The notes: generated from the sequence alone by a model not told the origin. A stretch of DNA of 64,000 bases from Dehalococcoidia bacterium (GCA_020845735.1 JADLFF010000034.1:10884-74883), one strand, 5' to 3'; positions 43,786 to 53,781 are shown, counted from the stretch's first letter. Made by a program: numbers and translations.

Positions 43786-43928
43786 CCATGCAGCGTAACA
43801 GCCGGTGACGCAGCCGCTTTGCGTTGACCGCCCTCCACCCCCTCCCTATGGTGGTTTGACCGTCGTGCAGACGGCTGCTGCGCTGAGTCTGGCGGGCCTC
43901 GGCGGAGCGACACACGAGAAGGTCGTGG

Positions 43929-45059
43929 ATGCTGCTGCCTTCCCGCCGCGTCGTCGCCCTCCTTGCCGCGCCGATCACGGTGCTCGTCGTCGGCCTCGCG
44001 GCGTGGTACGTATTCCTCCCCATCGTCGACCGCAGCAACACGGCCGAGGGCATGCTCGCCTTCGCCGAGTTCGGCGCGGTGGCCGATCGCGTCTTCGTCG
44101 CCCCCGCCTCCAACCTCGCCGACCGCCGCCTCGTCGCCACCGTGGACCACGTCGAGGGGTGGGGCATCAACCCTGCCTTCTCGCTCGCGGGCTCCCGCGC
44201 GGCCTACACGGTCCTCCCCGTGGGCAGTCTCCCGAGGCGTGACGCCCCCGCCGAGCTCTGGCTGCTCGACCTCGACTCCGGCGAGCCGTCTCGCCTCGCG
44301 CGCGACGCCGATCTCCTCGTGCCGCCGGCCTTCGACGCGAGCGGCAAACAGCTGGTCTATCGCAGCACGCGCCCCGATGGTCGCCAGGAGGTCGTCGTGG
44401 TGGACCTCGCGACGCGCGTGCGGCGGCCCGTGTACTCGTACGACGGGGGCTTCGGCGCCTACCCCATCGGGTTTGCGAGCGACGGCGCGGTAGTCTTCGC
44501 CTCGCTCTCCCAGGCGGGCACCGACCTCTACCGGGCGAACCGCGAGGGTCTCCCGCAGCTCATCGCCCACGCCTCGGATCAGATTGCGCGCGACTGGCGC
44601 ATCGCGCCCGACGGCGAGGCCGTGTCGTACCTCGCCCCCGAGCTGCACGCGGAGCGCTGGATCTACCGCGCCCAGGTGCTCGACATCACCGGACGAGGTG
44701 GCACGAGCACCCCGGCCACCCCCTCCCCCGAGGTCGAGCAGTTCGGTCCGGTCTGGCGCCCCGATGGCAGCGGTCTGACCCTCGGGCGCGAACCCTTTGG
44801 CGACCCCAACGCCGCCGCGATGACGCTCAGCCTGGATGGCGGCACCTCCGAGGCGCTCCCCGCGCCCTCGGTCGGCTTCGATGTGCCCGTGGCCTGGAGT
44901 CCGAACGGCCGCCACCTCGTCGCCCGCTCCTTCGATGGCGCCTCGTCCTACCAGCCCGGCCGCGAGTCGATCGTGATCATCTCGGACGATGGTTCGCGGC
45001 GACCGATCGACACGGACACCGAGGTGATCGTGCTCGGCTGGGTGGGCCACGATGGCTAG
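43929..45059 (+). CDS. membrane-anchored TolB-like beta-propeller (PD40-repeat-like) protein
   Basis: N-terminal TM helix, then repeated motifs of type P.FS.DG..L.Y / W.PDG..L (SGKQLVYRS, APDGEAVSYL, WRPDGSGLT, WSPNGRHLV). Confidence 0.55.
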   Translation: MLLPSRRVVALLAAPITVLVVGLAAWYVFLPIVDRSNTAEGMLAFAEFGAVADRVFVAPASNLADRRLVATVDHVEGWGINPAFSLAGSRAAYTVLPVGSLPRRDAPAELWLLDLDSGEPSRLARDADLLVPPAFDASGKQLVYRSTRPDGRQEVVVVDLATRVRRPVYSYDGGFGAYPIGFASDGAVVFASLSQAGTDLYRANREGLPQLIAHASDQIARDWRIAPDGEAVSYLAPELHAERWIYRAQVLDITGRGGTSTPATPSPEVEQFGPVWRPDGSGLTLGREPFGDPNAAAMTLSLDGGTSEALPAPSVGFDVPVAWSPNGRHLVARSFDGASSYQPGRESIVIISDDGSRRPIDTDTEVIVLGWVGHDG

Positions 45060-46395
45060 GCGTCACGCCATGCGCCTCGCCGCCTTTGCCCTCGCGATCA
45101 CGGGCGTGCTGCTCGTCGGGACGAGCCTTGACGCCTCGGCCCCGCGCGCCGAGGCCTGCGCGTTCCTCCGGACGCCGTACGTCTACGAGGCGGAACAGAG
45201 CCGCTCGACCTACCTCGCGACCATCGACGCCGCCTCGATCAACCAGTTGTACCCCGGCAACGCCTTCTTCGGCCTCCCCGCCATCGAGGCGGGCGGACGC
45301 CTCGGGCGCACCGCGGCGGCGCCTCGGATCCCCGCCACCCTGCTCAAGTCGATCGGCTGGATCGAATCGACGATCACGATGGCGCACCGCAACGTGACCT
45401 TCGAGTCGACGGGACCCGGCCTCGTCTCCTTCGACTGCGGCCACGGGATCATGCAGGTGACGACAGGCATGACGGTCCCCCTCGGCACCAACGACCGCCC
45501 GAGTGCCAACCAGTCGCTCGTCGCCACGCACTACGCCTACAACATCGCCCGAGGCGCGGTCATCCTCGCCGAGAAGTGGAACGAGGCCCCCGAGCGCCGC
45601 CCCATCGCGGGCACCGACAACGCCTCGGACCCCACCATCGTCGAGAACTGGTACTTCGCCACCTGGGCGTACAACGGCTTCACGGGACCCGGCGCCAACG
45701 TCTCCAACCACCCGCTCGACCCCTCGTTCGGCGCCTTCCCAAGGCCGACCTTCAGCTGCGAGGGGAACCAGTCGCGGTCACGCTACCCGTACCAGGAGCT
45801 GGTCTACGGCTGCATGGCCACCCCCCCGAGCCGGGAAGGCACGCTCCTCTGGGCGCCGCTGCAGGCCTCCCTGCCGAACACCACGCTCCCGCAGTGGTTC
45901 GCGCCGCTCCAGCTCTCGAACTTCACGTTCCCCTACTCCGGCATGGACATGCCGACGCCGCAGCCGGCCCACGTCGATCCGGTGCCGGCCCTCCGTCCCG
46001 AGCTCCTCCAGCGCGCCATGGGCACGCCGAGCATCGGCGTCAGCAGCGACCGCGTGACCCTCAGCGTGAAAGGCCGCCCCGAGGATGCCCGCGCGACGAT
46101 CCGCATCCAGAACCCGGGCGCGGGGCTCCTCGTCTGGTCCGCGGTCACCGAGGACAGGTGGCTCGTCATCGACCCGCCGGCCGGTGTGGCGCTCGGCGTC
46201 AACCTGCCCTGCAAGCAGGACTGCGGCGCCGCCTCGGCCATCACGGTGTCCGTGAATCCGACGCTGCTCCCCAACGCGAGCGCGGTCGGTACGATCCGCA
46301 TCACCTCGCCGAACGGCGGCGGCGAACGCTCGATCCGCGTCGAGGTGGACGCCAGCTTCGAGGTCGGTGTCCCCGGCGTGAGCCGCGGCGACTAG
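45052..46395 (+). CDS. secreted lytic-transglycosylase (SLT-like) domain protein with C-terminal Ig-like region
   Basis: Signal peptide. IGWIES (catalytic Glu-Ser), GHGIMQVT, YAYNIARG. The start overlaps the upstream gene by 8 nt. Confidence 0.6.
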   Translation: MARRHAMRLAAFALAITGVLLVGTSLDASAPRAEACAFLRTPYVYEAEQSRSTYLATIDAASINQLYPGNAFFGLPAIEAGGRLGRTAAAPRIPATLLKSIGWIESTITMAHRNVTFESTGPGLVSFDCGHGIMQVTTGMTVPLGTNDRPSANQSLVATHYAYNIARGAVILAEKWNEAPERRPIAGTDNASDPTIVENWYFATWAYNGFTGPGANVSNHPLDPSFGAFPRPTFSCEGNQSRSRYPYQELVYGCMATPPSREGTLLWAPLQASLPNTTLPQWFAPLQLSNFTFPYSGMDMPTPQPAHVDPVPALRPELLQRAMGTPSIGVSSDRVTLSVKGRPEDARATIRIQNPGAGLLVWSAVTEDRWLVIDPPAGVALGVNLPCKQDCGAASAITVSVNPTLLPNASAVGTIRITSPNGGGERSIRVEVDASFEVGVPGVSRGD

Positions 46396-46454
46396 CGTCC
46401 GCGCGCGACTCTATACTCGGATCCCGATCCCACCGCGACAGAATCGAGGACGGT

Positions 46455-46937
46455 GTGGGCATTCCCGTGGTCGGCCCCTGGGTCGACGCAGTGCGACGTA
46501 ACCACGCCCTCGAGCACGCCACCGCCTCGATCCTGCTCGCGAAGCGCGGGCCTCGACGGCTGGCCGGGCGCGCCTCGGGCAACGGCTTCTTCCTCTTCGG
46601 CGACGCCACGCCCGAGGAGATCGCGGACAGCGCTCGCGAGGCACTGGCGCGCCTCCAGGGTGGCGAGGCGGACCTCGCGGTCTCGCCCTACTGCGGCACG
46701 AACCTCGCCGTCGCCGGCTTCCTCGCGGCCGGCGCCGCCTCGATGTCCCTGGCGCGCGGGAAGAGCCAGTTCGGCAACGCCTTCCTCGGCGCCACGCTGG
46801 CCGTGATGCTGTCGCAGCCCATCGGGCGCGCGCTCCAGAAGCACTTCACGACGCGGCCCGACCTCCAGGACATCGAGGTGGTGGGGATGACGACGCACCT
46901 CGGCAGGCTGCACAAGGTCCTGACCCGCTCGCGCTGA
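46455..46937 (+). CDS. conserved hypothetical protein (NHALEHAT motif, two C-terminal hydrophobic segments)
   Basis: C-terminal part of ORF 45576..46937, trimmed to GTG 46455 (GAGGA upstream). No family name asserted. Confidence 0.5.
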   Translation: MGIPVVGPWVDAVRRNHALEHATASILLAKRGPRRLAGRASGNGFFLFGDATPEEIADSAREALARLQGGEADLAVSPYCGTNLAVAGFLAAGAASMSLARGKSQFGNAFLGATLAVMLSQPIGRALQKHFTTRPDLQDIEVVGMTTHLGRLHKVLTRSR

Positions 46938-47052
46938 TCGAGGCGTCCCCGGGTCGCTGCCCACAGCCGGGCGAGCGCCTAAGATCGCTGCGACCCAGGA
47001 TCACGACGCGCTCGTCTCGGCGGGTGAGCGCCACGCAGGATGCGGAGGTCCC

Positions 47053-49215
47053 GTGGAGCAGCCCGGCCGCGGCACGTCGGCGGATGGCCTCAGTACCGTG
47101 CTCTATGCCGCGACCATCTTCCTGGGCGCGTTCCTCCTCTTCCAGGTCCAGCCACTCATCGGCAAGTACGTGTTGCCGTGGTTCGGCGGCAGCGCCGGAG
47201 TCTGGGCAGCCGCGCTCCTGTTCTTCCAGCTCTTCCTGCTCCTCGGGTATCTCTATGCGCACATCGTCGCGACGTGGCTGAGCCCGCGCGTGCAGGCGTT
47301 CGTGCAGATCGGTGTCCTCGCGCTCACCCTCGCGACGCTGCCGATCATCCCCTCCGAGGCCCTCCGTCCCGAGGGCGCCTCGAACCCGGTCGGCGGGATC
47401 CTCCTGCTGCTCGCCCTCACGATCGGCGCGCCGTACCTCGCGCTCTCCGCGAACGGCCCGCTCCTCCAGTCGTGGTTCGCGAGGCAGCACCCGGGCCGCT
47501 CGCCGTACCGCCTCTACGCGCTCTCGAACGTCGCGTCGCTGCTCGCGCTCTTCTCCTACCCGCTCTGGTTCGAGCGCGCGTTTGCCCTCGGTGGGCAGGC
47601 CTGGCTCTGGTCCGGCGCCTACGCCGCGTTCGCTGCGCTCTGCGCGCTCGTCGCCTTCCGCCAGCTCCGCACGCTGCCCTCGAGTGGTGCGCTGGCCTCG
47701 ATGCCCCCGGCCGGCGACGCATCCGGCGCAACCGCCGCCCCACCCCCCGATGCGCCCACGCCGTGGTGGCACATGGCGCTCTGGGTCGCCTTCCCCGCCG
47801 TCGCCTCGGCGATGCTGCTGGCGACCACCACCAACCTGACGCAGGACATCGCGCCGGTGCCGCTGCTCTGGGTGCTGCCCCTCGGCGTCTACCTCGTCAC
47901 GTTCATCCTCACCTTCGATAGCGACCGCTGGTACTTTCGCCCGCTGTACGCCGTGCTCCTGCTCGTCTGCCTGGGACTGACGACGTTCAACGTCGCGGGC
48001 ACGCACCTCGGGCTGGTGCAGGAAGTGACGCTGCGCCTCGCGACGCTGTACTTCCTCGGCATGGTCTGCCACGGCGAGCTGGTCGCGCTGCGGCCCGGCT
48101 ACCGGCACCTCACGCTGTTCTACCTCGCGGTCTCCGCCGGAGGCGCGATCGGCGGGGCGCTGGTGGCGCTGGCCGCGCCGGTGCTCTTCAACGGCTACTG
48201 GGAGTTCCAGGTCGGACTGGTCGTGGGCGCGGCCGTCGCCGCCTTCGCGATCAGCCGCGAGTACCTCGCGGCGCGCGTGGGCATGCTGCGTTACACCTAC
48301 GCGTTCGGCACTGCCGTCGCCGTCGGCCTCACGATCGGCATCGGGCAGGTCCTGTGGGGCGTCGAGCAGAACAACAACCTCGGTGTCCTCCTCGAGACGC
48401 GCGGCTTCTACGGCGCGCTCAAGGTCAACGAGGTGGGCGGCGACGACCCCTCGTTCACCCGCCTGCAACTGGTCCACGGCCAGACGCTGCACGGGATCCA
48501 GTACCGCGCTCCCGAGCAGCAGCGCTGGCACACGTCCTACTACGGCGACACGAGCGGCATCGGGCTGTCGCTGGACCACCATCCGAAGCGCGAAGCACGA
48601 CAACCCCTGCGCGTCGGCCTCATCGGGCTGGGCACGGGCACGCTCGCGACCTACCTCGAGCGCGGCGACTACGCCCGCTTCTACGAGATCAACCCGCAGG
48701 TGCTCGACATCGCCAACGAGTACTTCACCTACCTCGGCGACGCGCGCGCCGCGGGCGCCGACCTCGAGGTGCTGCTCGGCGACGCTCGCGTGGTGATGGA
48801 GCGCCAGCTCGAGGAGCAGCAGAGCCAGCAGTTCGATGTGCTCGCCGTCGACGCTTTCAGCAGTGACTCGATCCCGATCCACCTCCTCACTCGCGAAGCC
48901 CTCGAGATCTACCGCCAGCACATGGCGCCCGGCGGGATCATCGCGATCCACATCAGCAACCGCTTCCTCGACCTCGGGGCGGTGGTGCGCGCCATTGCCG
49001 CCGATCAGGGCTTCGAGGCGCGCTTCGTGGCCAACGATGACGACGGCGCGCGCGGCATCAACCGCTCCGAGTGGGTGCTGCTCACGGACAACGACGCGTT
49101 CCTGCAGGAGGACGCGGTGCGCTCCGCCCTCGATGAGTGGCCGCCCAACGGCCGGCCGCCGGTCCTCTGGACGGACGACTACAGCGCGTTGTTGCCGGTC
49201 CTGAGGTGGTTCTAG
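47053..49215 (+). CDS. fused polytopic membrane domain plus spermidine-synthase-like methyltransferase-fold protein
   Basis: N-terminal half of about 470 aa with many hydrophobic segments. C-terminal half: VGLIGLGTGTL, FYEINPQV, DVLAVDAFSSDSIP.HLLT.EA (aminopropyltransferase-like). Confidence 0.75.
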   Translation: MEQPGRGTSADGLSTVLYAATIFLGAFLLFQVQPLIGKYVLPWFGGSAGVWAAALLFFQLFLLLGYLYAHIVATWLSPRVQAFVQIGVLALTLATLPIIPSEALRPEGASNPVGGILLLLALTIGAPYLALSANGPLLQSWFARQHPGRSPYRLYALSNVASLLALFSYPLWFERAFALGGQAWLWSGAYAAFAALCALVAFRQLRTLPSSGALASMPPAGDASGATAAPPPDAPTPWWHMALWVAFPAVASAMLLATTTNLTQDIAPVPLLWVLPLGVYLVTFILTFDSDRWYFRPLYAVLLLVCLGLTTFNVAGTHLGLVQEVTLRLATLYFLGMVCHGELVALRPGYRHLTLFYLAVSAGGAIGGALVALAAPVLFNGYWEFQVGLVVGAAVAAFAISREYLAARVGMLRYTYAFGTAVAVGLTIGIGQVLWGVEQNNNLGVLLETRGFYGALKVNEVGGDDPSFTRLQLVHGQTLHGIQYRAPEQQRWHTSYYGDTSGIGLSLDHHPKREARQPLRVGLIGLGTGTLATYLERGDYARFYEINPQVLDIANEYFTYLGDARAAGADLEVLLGDARVVMERQLEEQQSQQFDVLAVDAFSSDSIPIHLLTREALEIYRQHMAPGGIIAIHISNRFLDLGAVVRAIAADQGFEARFVANDDDGARGINRSEWVLLTDNDAFLQEDAVRSALDEWPPNGRPPVLWTDDYSALLPVLRWF

Positions 49216-49249
49216 CCCTCGGAGGGTCGAGGGCAAACCGAGCTCGTGC

Positions 49250-49888
49250 TCAGGCGATCACCTCGAGGTGGCGCAGCGCCTCGAGGAGTTGAGGCGCCGT
49301 CGGCCGGCCCGCGTCGATGTGCACGGCGGTCCAGCCGGCCCGACGCGCCCCCTCTACGTACGCCTCGACATCATCGAAGAACACGATGCGCTCCGGTGCG
49401 AAGCCGGTGGCGACCGTGAACGCCTCGAAGATCGCCGCGTCCGGCTTGGCCACGCCGAGCAGGTGGCTGGCGTGCCGGTGCCCCAGCCGCGCGACGGTCG
49501 GGTACTCGCTCGTGCCATCGAGGCGCGGCCAGTGCGCGGGGTTGGTGTTCGAGAGCGAGCCTGTCGCGACCCCGCGCGCCTCGATGGCATCGACGACGCG
49601 GCCCACGTCCCGGTGCTCGGGGCCGGACCACGCCGCGAAGATCCGCTCGATCTCCGCCGTGTCGTACGCGCCTCGCGAGGCGTCCGCCAGGCCCTCGTAG
49701 AACGCGCGGTTGGAGAGCCGTCCGACCTGGTGCAGGGCGCCGAGGTCCGCTCGTGCTGCCTCGAACGCCGGGTCGGCCGTGATCGGGTGGGCGGCGTAGC
49801 CACTCCGTGCGTGCGCCTCCGCCCACGAGGCGGCGATCTCGACCAGCACGCCGCCGAGGTCGAACACCACGACATCAAAGGGCGTCAC
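49250..49888 (-). CDS. HAD-superfamily hydrolase
   Basis: GTG 49888. VVFDLGGVLV (DxG motif I), SLSNTN (motif II), FFDD (motif IV). Confidence 0.8.
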   Translation of the reverse strand: MTPFDVVVFDLGGVLVEIAASWAEAHARSGYAAHPITADPAFEAARADLGALHQVGRLSNRAFYEGLADASRGAYDTAEIERIFAAWSGPEHRDVGRVVDAIEARGVATGSLSNTNPAHWPRLDGTSEYPTVARLGHRHASHLLGVAKPDAAIFEAFTVATGFAPERIVFFDDVEAYVEGARRAGWTAVHIDAGRPTAPQLLEALRHLEVIA

Positions 49889-49893
49889 GCTGC

Positions 49894-49956
49894 GCTCCTC
49901 GCTCCTCGCTCCTCGCTCCTCGCTCCTCGCCCCTCGCCCCTCGCCCCTCGCGCCTC
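49894..49956 (-). repeat. heptanucleotide tandem array, 9 units (minus strand: GAGGCGC, 3x GAGGGGC, 5x GAGGAGC)
   Basis: Plus strand reads 5x GCTCCTC, 3x GCCCCTC, 1x GCGCCTC. It ends 5 nt from the HAD GTG start, so the last GAGGAG is a correctly spaced SD. Confidence 0.9.
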
Positions 49957-49973
49957 GAGGCGGCTGGCCGGGC

Positions 49974-51269
49974 TCAGTGGACGGCGACCGCCTGCGGCTT
50001 GCTGCCCTCGGGGCGCTTCGCGGGTGGCGGCATCAGCACCATGAAGATCGTGCCCAGGCCGGCCACGATCGCGAGCGCGGTGAAGCCGAACTCGTAGCTG
50101 CCGGTCACGTCGTACGACAGCCCCGCGAGCACCGGCCCGGCGACCGACCCGATGGTCACCACCATCGAGGACAGGCCCATGATCTGGCCGAACGACTTCG
50201 ACCCGAAGTACTCCGCACGCATCGAGACGACCACCGGCACGCGAGCGCCCCACGCAAACCCGTTGAGCAGCGCGAAGCCACTCACCATCCACAGCGACGT
50301 GCCGAACGCCAGCATCAGCAGCGCCGCCGAGTGCATCAGCATCGCCACCATGATGACGTTGCGCGAACCGACCTTGTCGCTCAGCCACCCGCCGAGGGGG
50401 CGCGCGATGAAGTTCGTCGTGGTCTGGAGGGTGATGATCGCCGCCGCCGCCGTCAGCGAGAGCCCGAACGCCTCGACGACGTGCGCGGTGTAGTGCACCT
50501 GCGCCACGGACACGACGAGCACCGAGGCGGCATGCGCCAGCGAGATGAACCAGAACGCCCTCGTCCGCAGCGCCTGCCGCACCGTGAAGCTGCCGTCGTC
50601 CACCTGCTCGATGGCGCGCGATACGCCTCCACCCGCGCTGGCCTGCGCCTGCTGCTCCTCGGTCGGGCTGTCGCCATCCGGGAGGTACCCGTACTGCTCG
50701 GGGCGCTGGCGCACGATCTGCGCCACGCCGAGGCCCACCACGATCACGATCACCGCCGACACCTGCGCGACCGTGCGCCACCCGTAGGTCTCGAGGGCGT
50801 TCACCACGAGGGGCAGCGCGTACCCGCCGATCGGGTTGCCCAGCAGCGCGATGCCCATCGCGAGCGAGCGTCGCCGGTTGAACCAGTTCACGATCGCCGT
50901 CGTGATCGCGAGGAAGCCCGCAAGCGACGCACCGACCGACATCAGCAGGAAGGTGACATAGAACTCGACGAGGCTGTCGAGCTGCGAGAACAGGAAGAAG
51001 CCGACACCGAAGAGGATGAACCCGGCGCGCATCACGTTGCGCGCACCGAACTTGTCGAGCAGCCACCCCTCGATGGGCCCGAGCAGCCCGTCCTCGACGC
51101 GCGCCAGCGAGAACGCCCCCGACAGCGCGGTCCGGCTCCAGCCGAACTCGGCGCCGAGGAGCACGACGTAGGTCCCGAACGCCTGCTGCAGCAGGCCCGA
51201 TCCCAGGGATTGAGTGACGATGGCGGCCCCGACGATCCACCACCCGTAGAACGGCCGCCGTAGCACCAT
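49974..51269 (-). CDS. MFS transporter (oxalate/formate antiporter-like subfamily)
   Basis: 431 aa. FYGWWIVGAAIVTQSLGSG, paralogous by eye to the core of the 24981..27347 gene, with no long tail. Confidence 0.85.
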   Translation of the reverse strand: MVLRRPFYGWWIVGAAIVTQSLGSGLLQQAFGTYVVLLGAEFGWSRTALSGAFSLARVEDGLLGPIEGWLLDKFGARNVMRAGFILFGVGFFLFSQLDSLVEFYVTFLLMSVGASLAGFLAITTAIVNWFNRRRSLAMGIALLGNPIGGYALPLVVNALETYGWRTVAQVSAVIVIVVGLGVAQIVRQRPEQYGYLPDGDSPTEEQQAQASAGGGVSRAIEQVDDGSFTVRQALRTRAFWFISLAHAASVLVVSVAQVHYTAHVVEAFGLSLTAAAAIITLQTTTNFIARPLGGWLSDKVGSRNVIMVAMLMHSAALLMLAFGTSLWMVSGFALLNGFAWGARVPVVVSMRAEYFGSKSFGQIMGLSSMVVTIGSVAGPVLAGLSYDVTGSYEFGFTALAIVAGLGTIFMVLMPPPAKRPEGSKPQAVAVH

Positions 51270-51377
51270 GCATCCCTTCCTCGCGAAGGGCTCAGTCTAG
51301 GCGCGCCACCCGACACGATCACCCGTGCCGCGCGTACCATGCTCGTGCTTACCGCGCGCGCAGAAGGGACGTCATCG

Positions 51378-53657
51378 ATGGCCGGCGCACTCGAGGGGAT
51401 CCGTGTCATCGACTTCGGGCAGTACATCGCCGGGCCCATGGCCGGCATGCTCCTCGGCGACCAGGGCGCCGACGTCGTCAGGGTCGACCCGCCCTCGGGG
51501 CCCGCGTGGGACACGCCCGCGAACGCCACGTGGAATCGAGGCAAGCGCAGCATCGCCCTCGACCTGAAGGCGCCCGCCGACCTCGCGACGGCGCGCGCCC
51601 TTGCCGAGTCGGCGGACGTGGTCATCGAGAACTTCCGCCCGGGCGTGATGGAGCGGCTCGGCCTCGGGGCCACCGCGCTCACCGAGGCCAACCCGCGCCT
51701 CGTCTACCTCTCGCTCCCGGGGTTCGCCGCGGACGACCCCCGCGCCTCGATCCCGGCCTACGAGGGGGTCGTGGGCGCAGCGGCCGCCCTCTACCGCCGC
51801 AACCGCACCGCGAAGGTCGCCGGCGCACCGCTCTATACCGCGATCCCGTTGGCCTCGACGTACGCGGCGATCCAGGGCACGGTCGCGACGGCGATGGCCC
51901 TGGTCGCCCGCGAGCGCGACGGCCGCGGCCAGGTGATCACCGTGCCACTCTTCGATGCGATGTTCGGCGCGGTTGGCTACAACGGCCTCACGCAGCACGA
52001 CTCGAACGCGGCCGCTCCCGGCGCCGGCGTCACCCTCACGACGCAGTTCCAGTGCAAGGACGGTCGCTGGGTGATGTTCCACACGGGCAACGGTCGCAAC
52101 GCCCAGGTCCTCGAGGCCGCGGGCGTGGGCCACTGGGTCGACGAAGGCGTCCTCGACCGCGCTCGACTCGCCGCCGACCCGGCCCTGGCCGCGCACTTCG
52201 TCGAGCAGGCAAAGGCGCTGTTCCTCACCCGCACGGCCGCCGAGTGGGAAGAGCTGGTCTCGAGTGCAGGCGGTGAGTGCGCGGTCTGCCGCGACAGCGC
52301 GGAGTGGCTCGACCACCCCCACGCCCTCGGCTCCGAGTCGGTCATCGCCCTCGACGACCCCTACATCGGGCCGGTCCGCCAGTCGGGGATCCCGGCACGC
52401 CTCACCCTGACCCCCGGCGCCGTCCGAGGTCCCCGCGTACGCCTCGATGCGGACCGCGAGGCGCTCCTCGCGGATGCGGCCGCGCCTCGTACCTCGGCAC
52501 CCGCCGCCCCCGACACAGCGCCGTCGGCCTCGGCGCCGCCGGTCGCCGAGGACCTGCGCGCGGCCCTCGCCGGGGTGCGCGTCCTCGATCTCTGCATGGT
52601 CCTCGCGGGGCCGACCTGCGGCCGCACGCTCGCTGAGTACGGCGCGGACGTCGTCAAGATCGAGCCGCCGATGCGCCCGCCCAACGACACGTTCCACCTC
52701 GATGTGAACCGGGGGAAGCGCAACATCGTGCTCCACCTCGGCACGCCCGATGGCCTCGAGGTCTTCTGGAAGCTCGTCGACACGGCCGACGTGGTCGTCC
52801 AGAACTTCCGCCGAGGCGTGGCGGAGCGCCTCGGCATTGGCTACGAGCAGGTGCGCGCGCGCCGCCCCGACATCGTGTACGCCTCGATCAACACGTACGG
52901 CCAGGTCGGCCCCTTCGCCGACCGCCCGGGCCACGAGCAGATCGCGCAGGCCGCGACGGGGATGCAGGCCCGCTTCGGCGGCGACGGGCAGCCGCGCCTC
53001 CAGAACTACGCGGTCAACGACTACGGCACGGGCTACCTCGGCGCCTACGCGGTCGCCCTCGCGATGCTGCACCGCAAGCGCACGGGGCAGGGCCAGCACG
53101 TCGACGCCGCCCTCGCCTACACGGCGACGCTGATCCAGTCACCGTTCATGCTCGCCTACGAAGGCAAGCGCTGGGACGAGGCGCGCGGCCTCGACGCGGT
53201 GGGCAGCGGGCCCCTCCACCGTGCCTACGAGGCGAACGACGGCTGGTTCTTCCTCGGCGCGCGCCCGGCGCACCTGCCCGCGCTCGCCCGCATCGAGGGC
53301 CTGTCGGGCATCGAGGGGCTGTCAGGCGCCGCCCTCGAGGCGGCCCTCGAGCAGCGTTTCCCCGCGCGCCCGATCGAGGCGTGGGCGCAGGACCTCGGCG
53401 CGATCGGTGTGGGCGCGCACCGCGTGCTCGCGGACACTGAGGAGCTGATGACCGACCCGTGGGTGGTCGCGCACGGCCTCAGCCTGACGAGGGAGCACGC
53501 GGGTCTCGGCCGCGTGACGACCACCGGCCCCGCCCCCCGCCTCTCGAGGACGCCCGTGACGCCGGGGCGTCCCGCCCCACCTGTCGGCGGTGACGCCCTC
53601 GAGGTGCTCCGGGAGATCGGCATGGAGGACCGCCTCGCGGCGCTGTCCCAGGCCTAG
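51378..53657 (+). CDS. tandem-fused family III (CaiB/BaiF) CoA-transferase, two complete domains
   Basis: Trimmed to ATG 51378. Domain 1: LEGIRVIDFGQYIAGPMAGMLLGDQGADVVRVDPP..NRGKRSIALDLK..ADVVIENFRPGVMERLGLG. Domain 2 from about 52540: LAGVRVLDLCMVLAGPTCGRTLAEYGADVVKIEPP..NRGKRNIVLHL..ADVVVQNFRRGVAERLGIG. Confidence 0.85.
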   Translation: MAGALEGIRVIDFGQYIAGPMAGMLLGDQGADVVRVDPPSGPAWDTPANATWNRGKRSIALDLKAPADLATARALAESADVVIENFRPGVMERLGLGATALTEANPRLVYLSLPGFAADDPRASIPAYEGVVGAAAALYRRNRTAKVAGAPLYTAIPLASTYAAIQGTVATAMALVARERDGRGQVITVPLFDAMFGAVGYNGLTQHDSNAAAPGAGVTLTTQFQCKDGRWVMFHTGNGRNAQVLEAAGVGHWVDEGVLDRARLAADPALAAHFVEQAKALFLTRTAAEWEELVSSAGGECAVCRDSAEWLDHPHALGSESVIALDDPYIGPVRQSGIPARLTLTPGAVRGPRVRLDADREALLADAAAPRTSAPAAPDTAPSASAPPVAEDLRAALAGVRVLDLCMVLAGPTCGRTLAEYGADVVKIEPPMRPPNDTFHLDVNRGKRNIVLHLGTPDGLEVFWKLVDTADVVVQNFRRGVAERLGIGYEQVRARRPDIVYASINTYGQVGPFADRPGHEQIAQAATGMQARFGGDGQPRLQNYAVNDYGTGYLGAYAVALAMLHRKRTGQGQHVDAALAYTATLIQSPFMLAYEGKRWDEARGLDAVGSGPLHRAYEANDGWFFLGARPAHLPALARIEGLSGIEGLSGAALEAALEQRFPARPIEAWAQDLGAIGVGAHRVLADTEELMTDPWVVAHGLSLTREHAGLGRVTTTGPAPRLSRTPVTPGRPAPPVGGDALEVLREIGMEDRLAALSQA

Positions 53658-53781
53658 GGCGCGATGTAGCCTCCGGCCACGAGGCGCCCTCGGGCCGGTG
53701 AGGGGCTCTCGAGGGGCTGTCGAGGCGCTCTAGCGGCGTGTCGGCTTCTCTCGCAGCCGATCGGGTGACGGCGCGCCGACG

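Noticed and set aside
40940-43798. 952-aa ORF on the plus strand.
   Set aside because: It is antisense to four minus-strand genes with clear family motifs (gmk, tyrA, HD protein, M50 protease). Its composition is Arg/Ala/Gly/Pro-dominated, typical of a stop-poor antisense frame in GC-rich DNA.
46846-49236. 796-aa ORF on the minus strand.
   Set aside because: It is antisense to the membrane/spermidine-synthase-like gene, which has recognisable motifs. It has an Arg/Glu/Gly-rich artefact composition.
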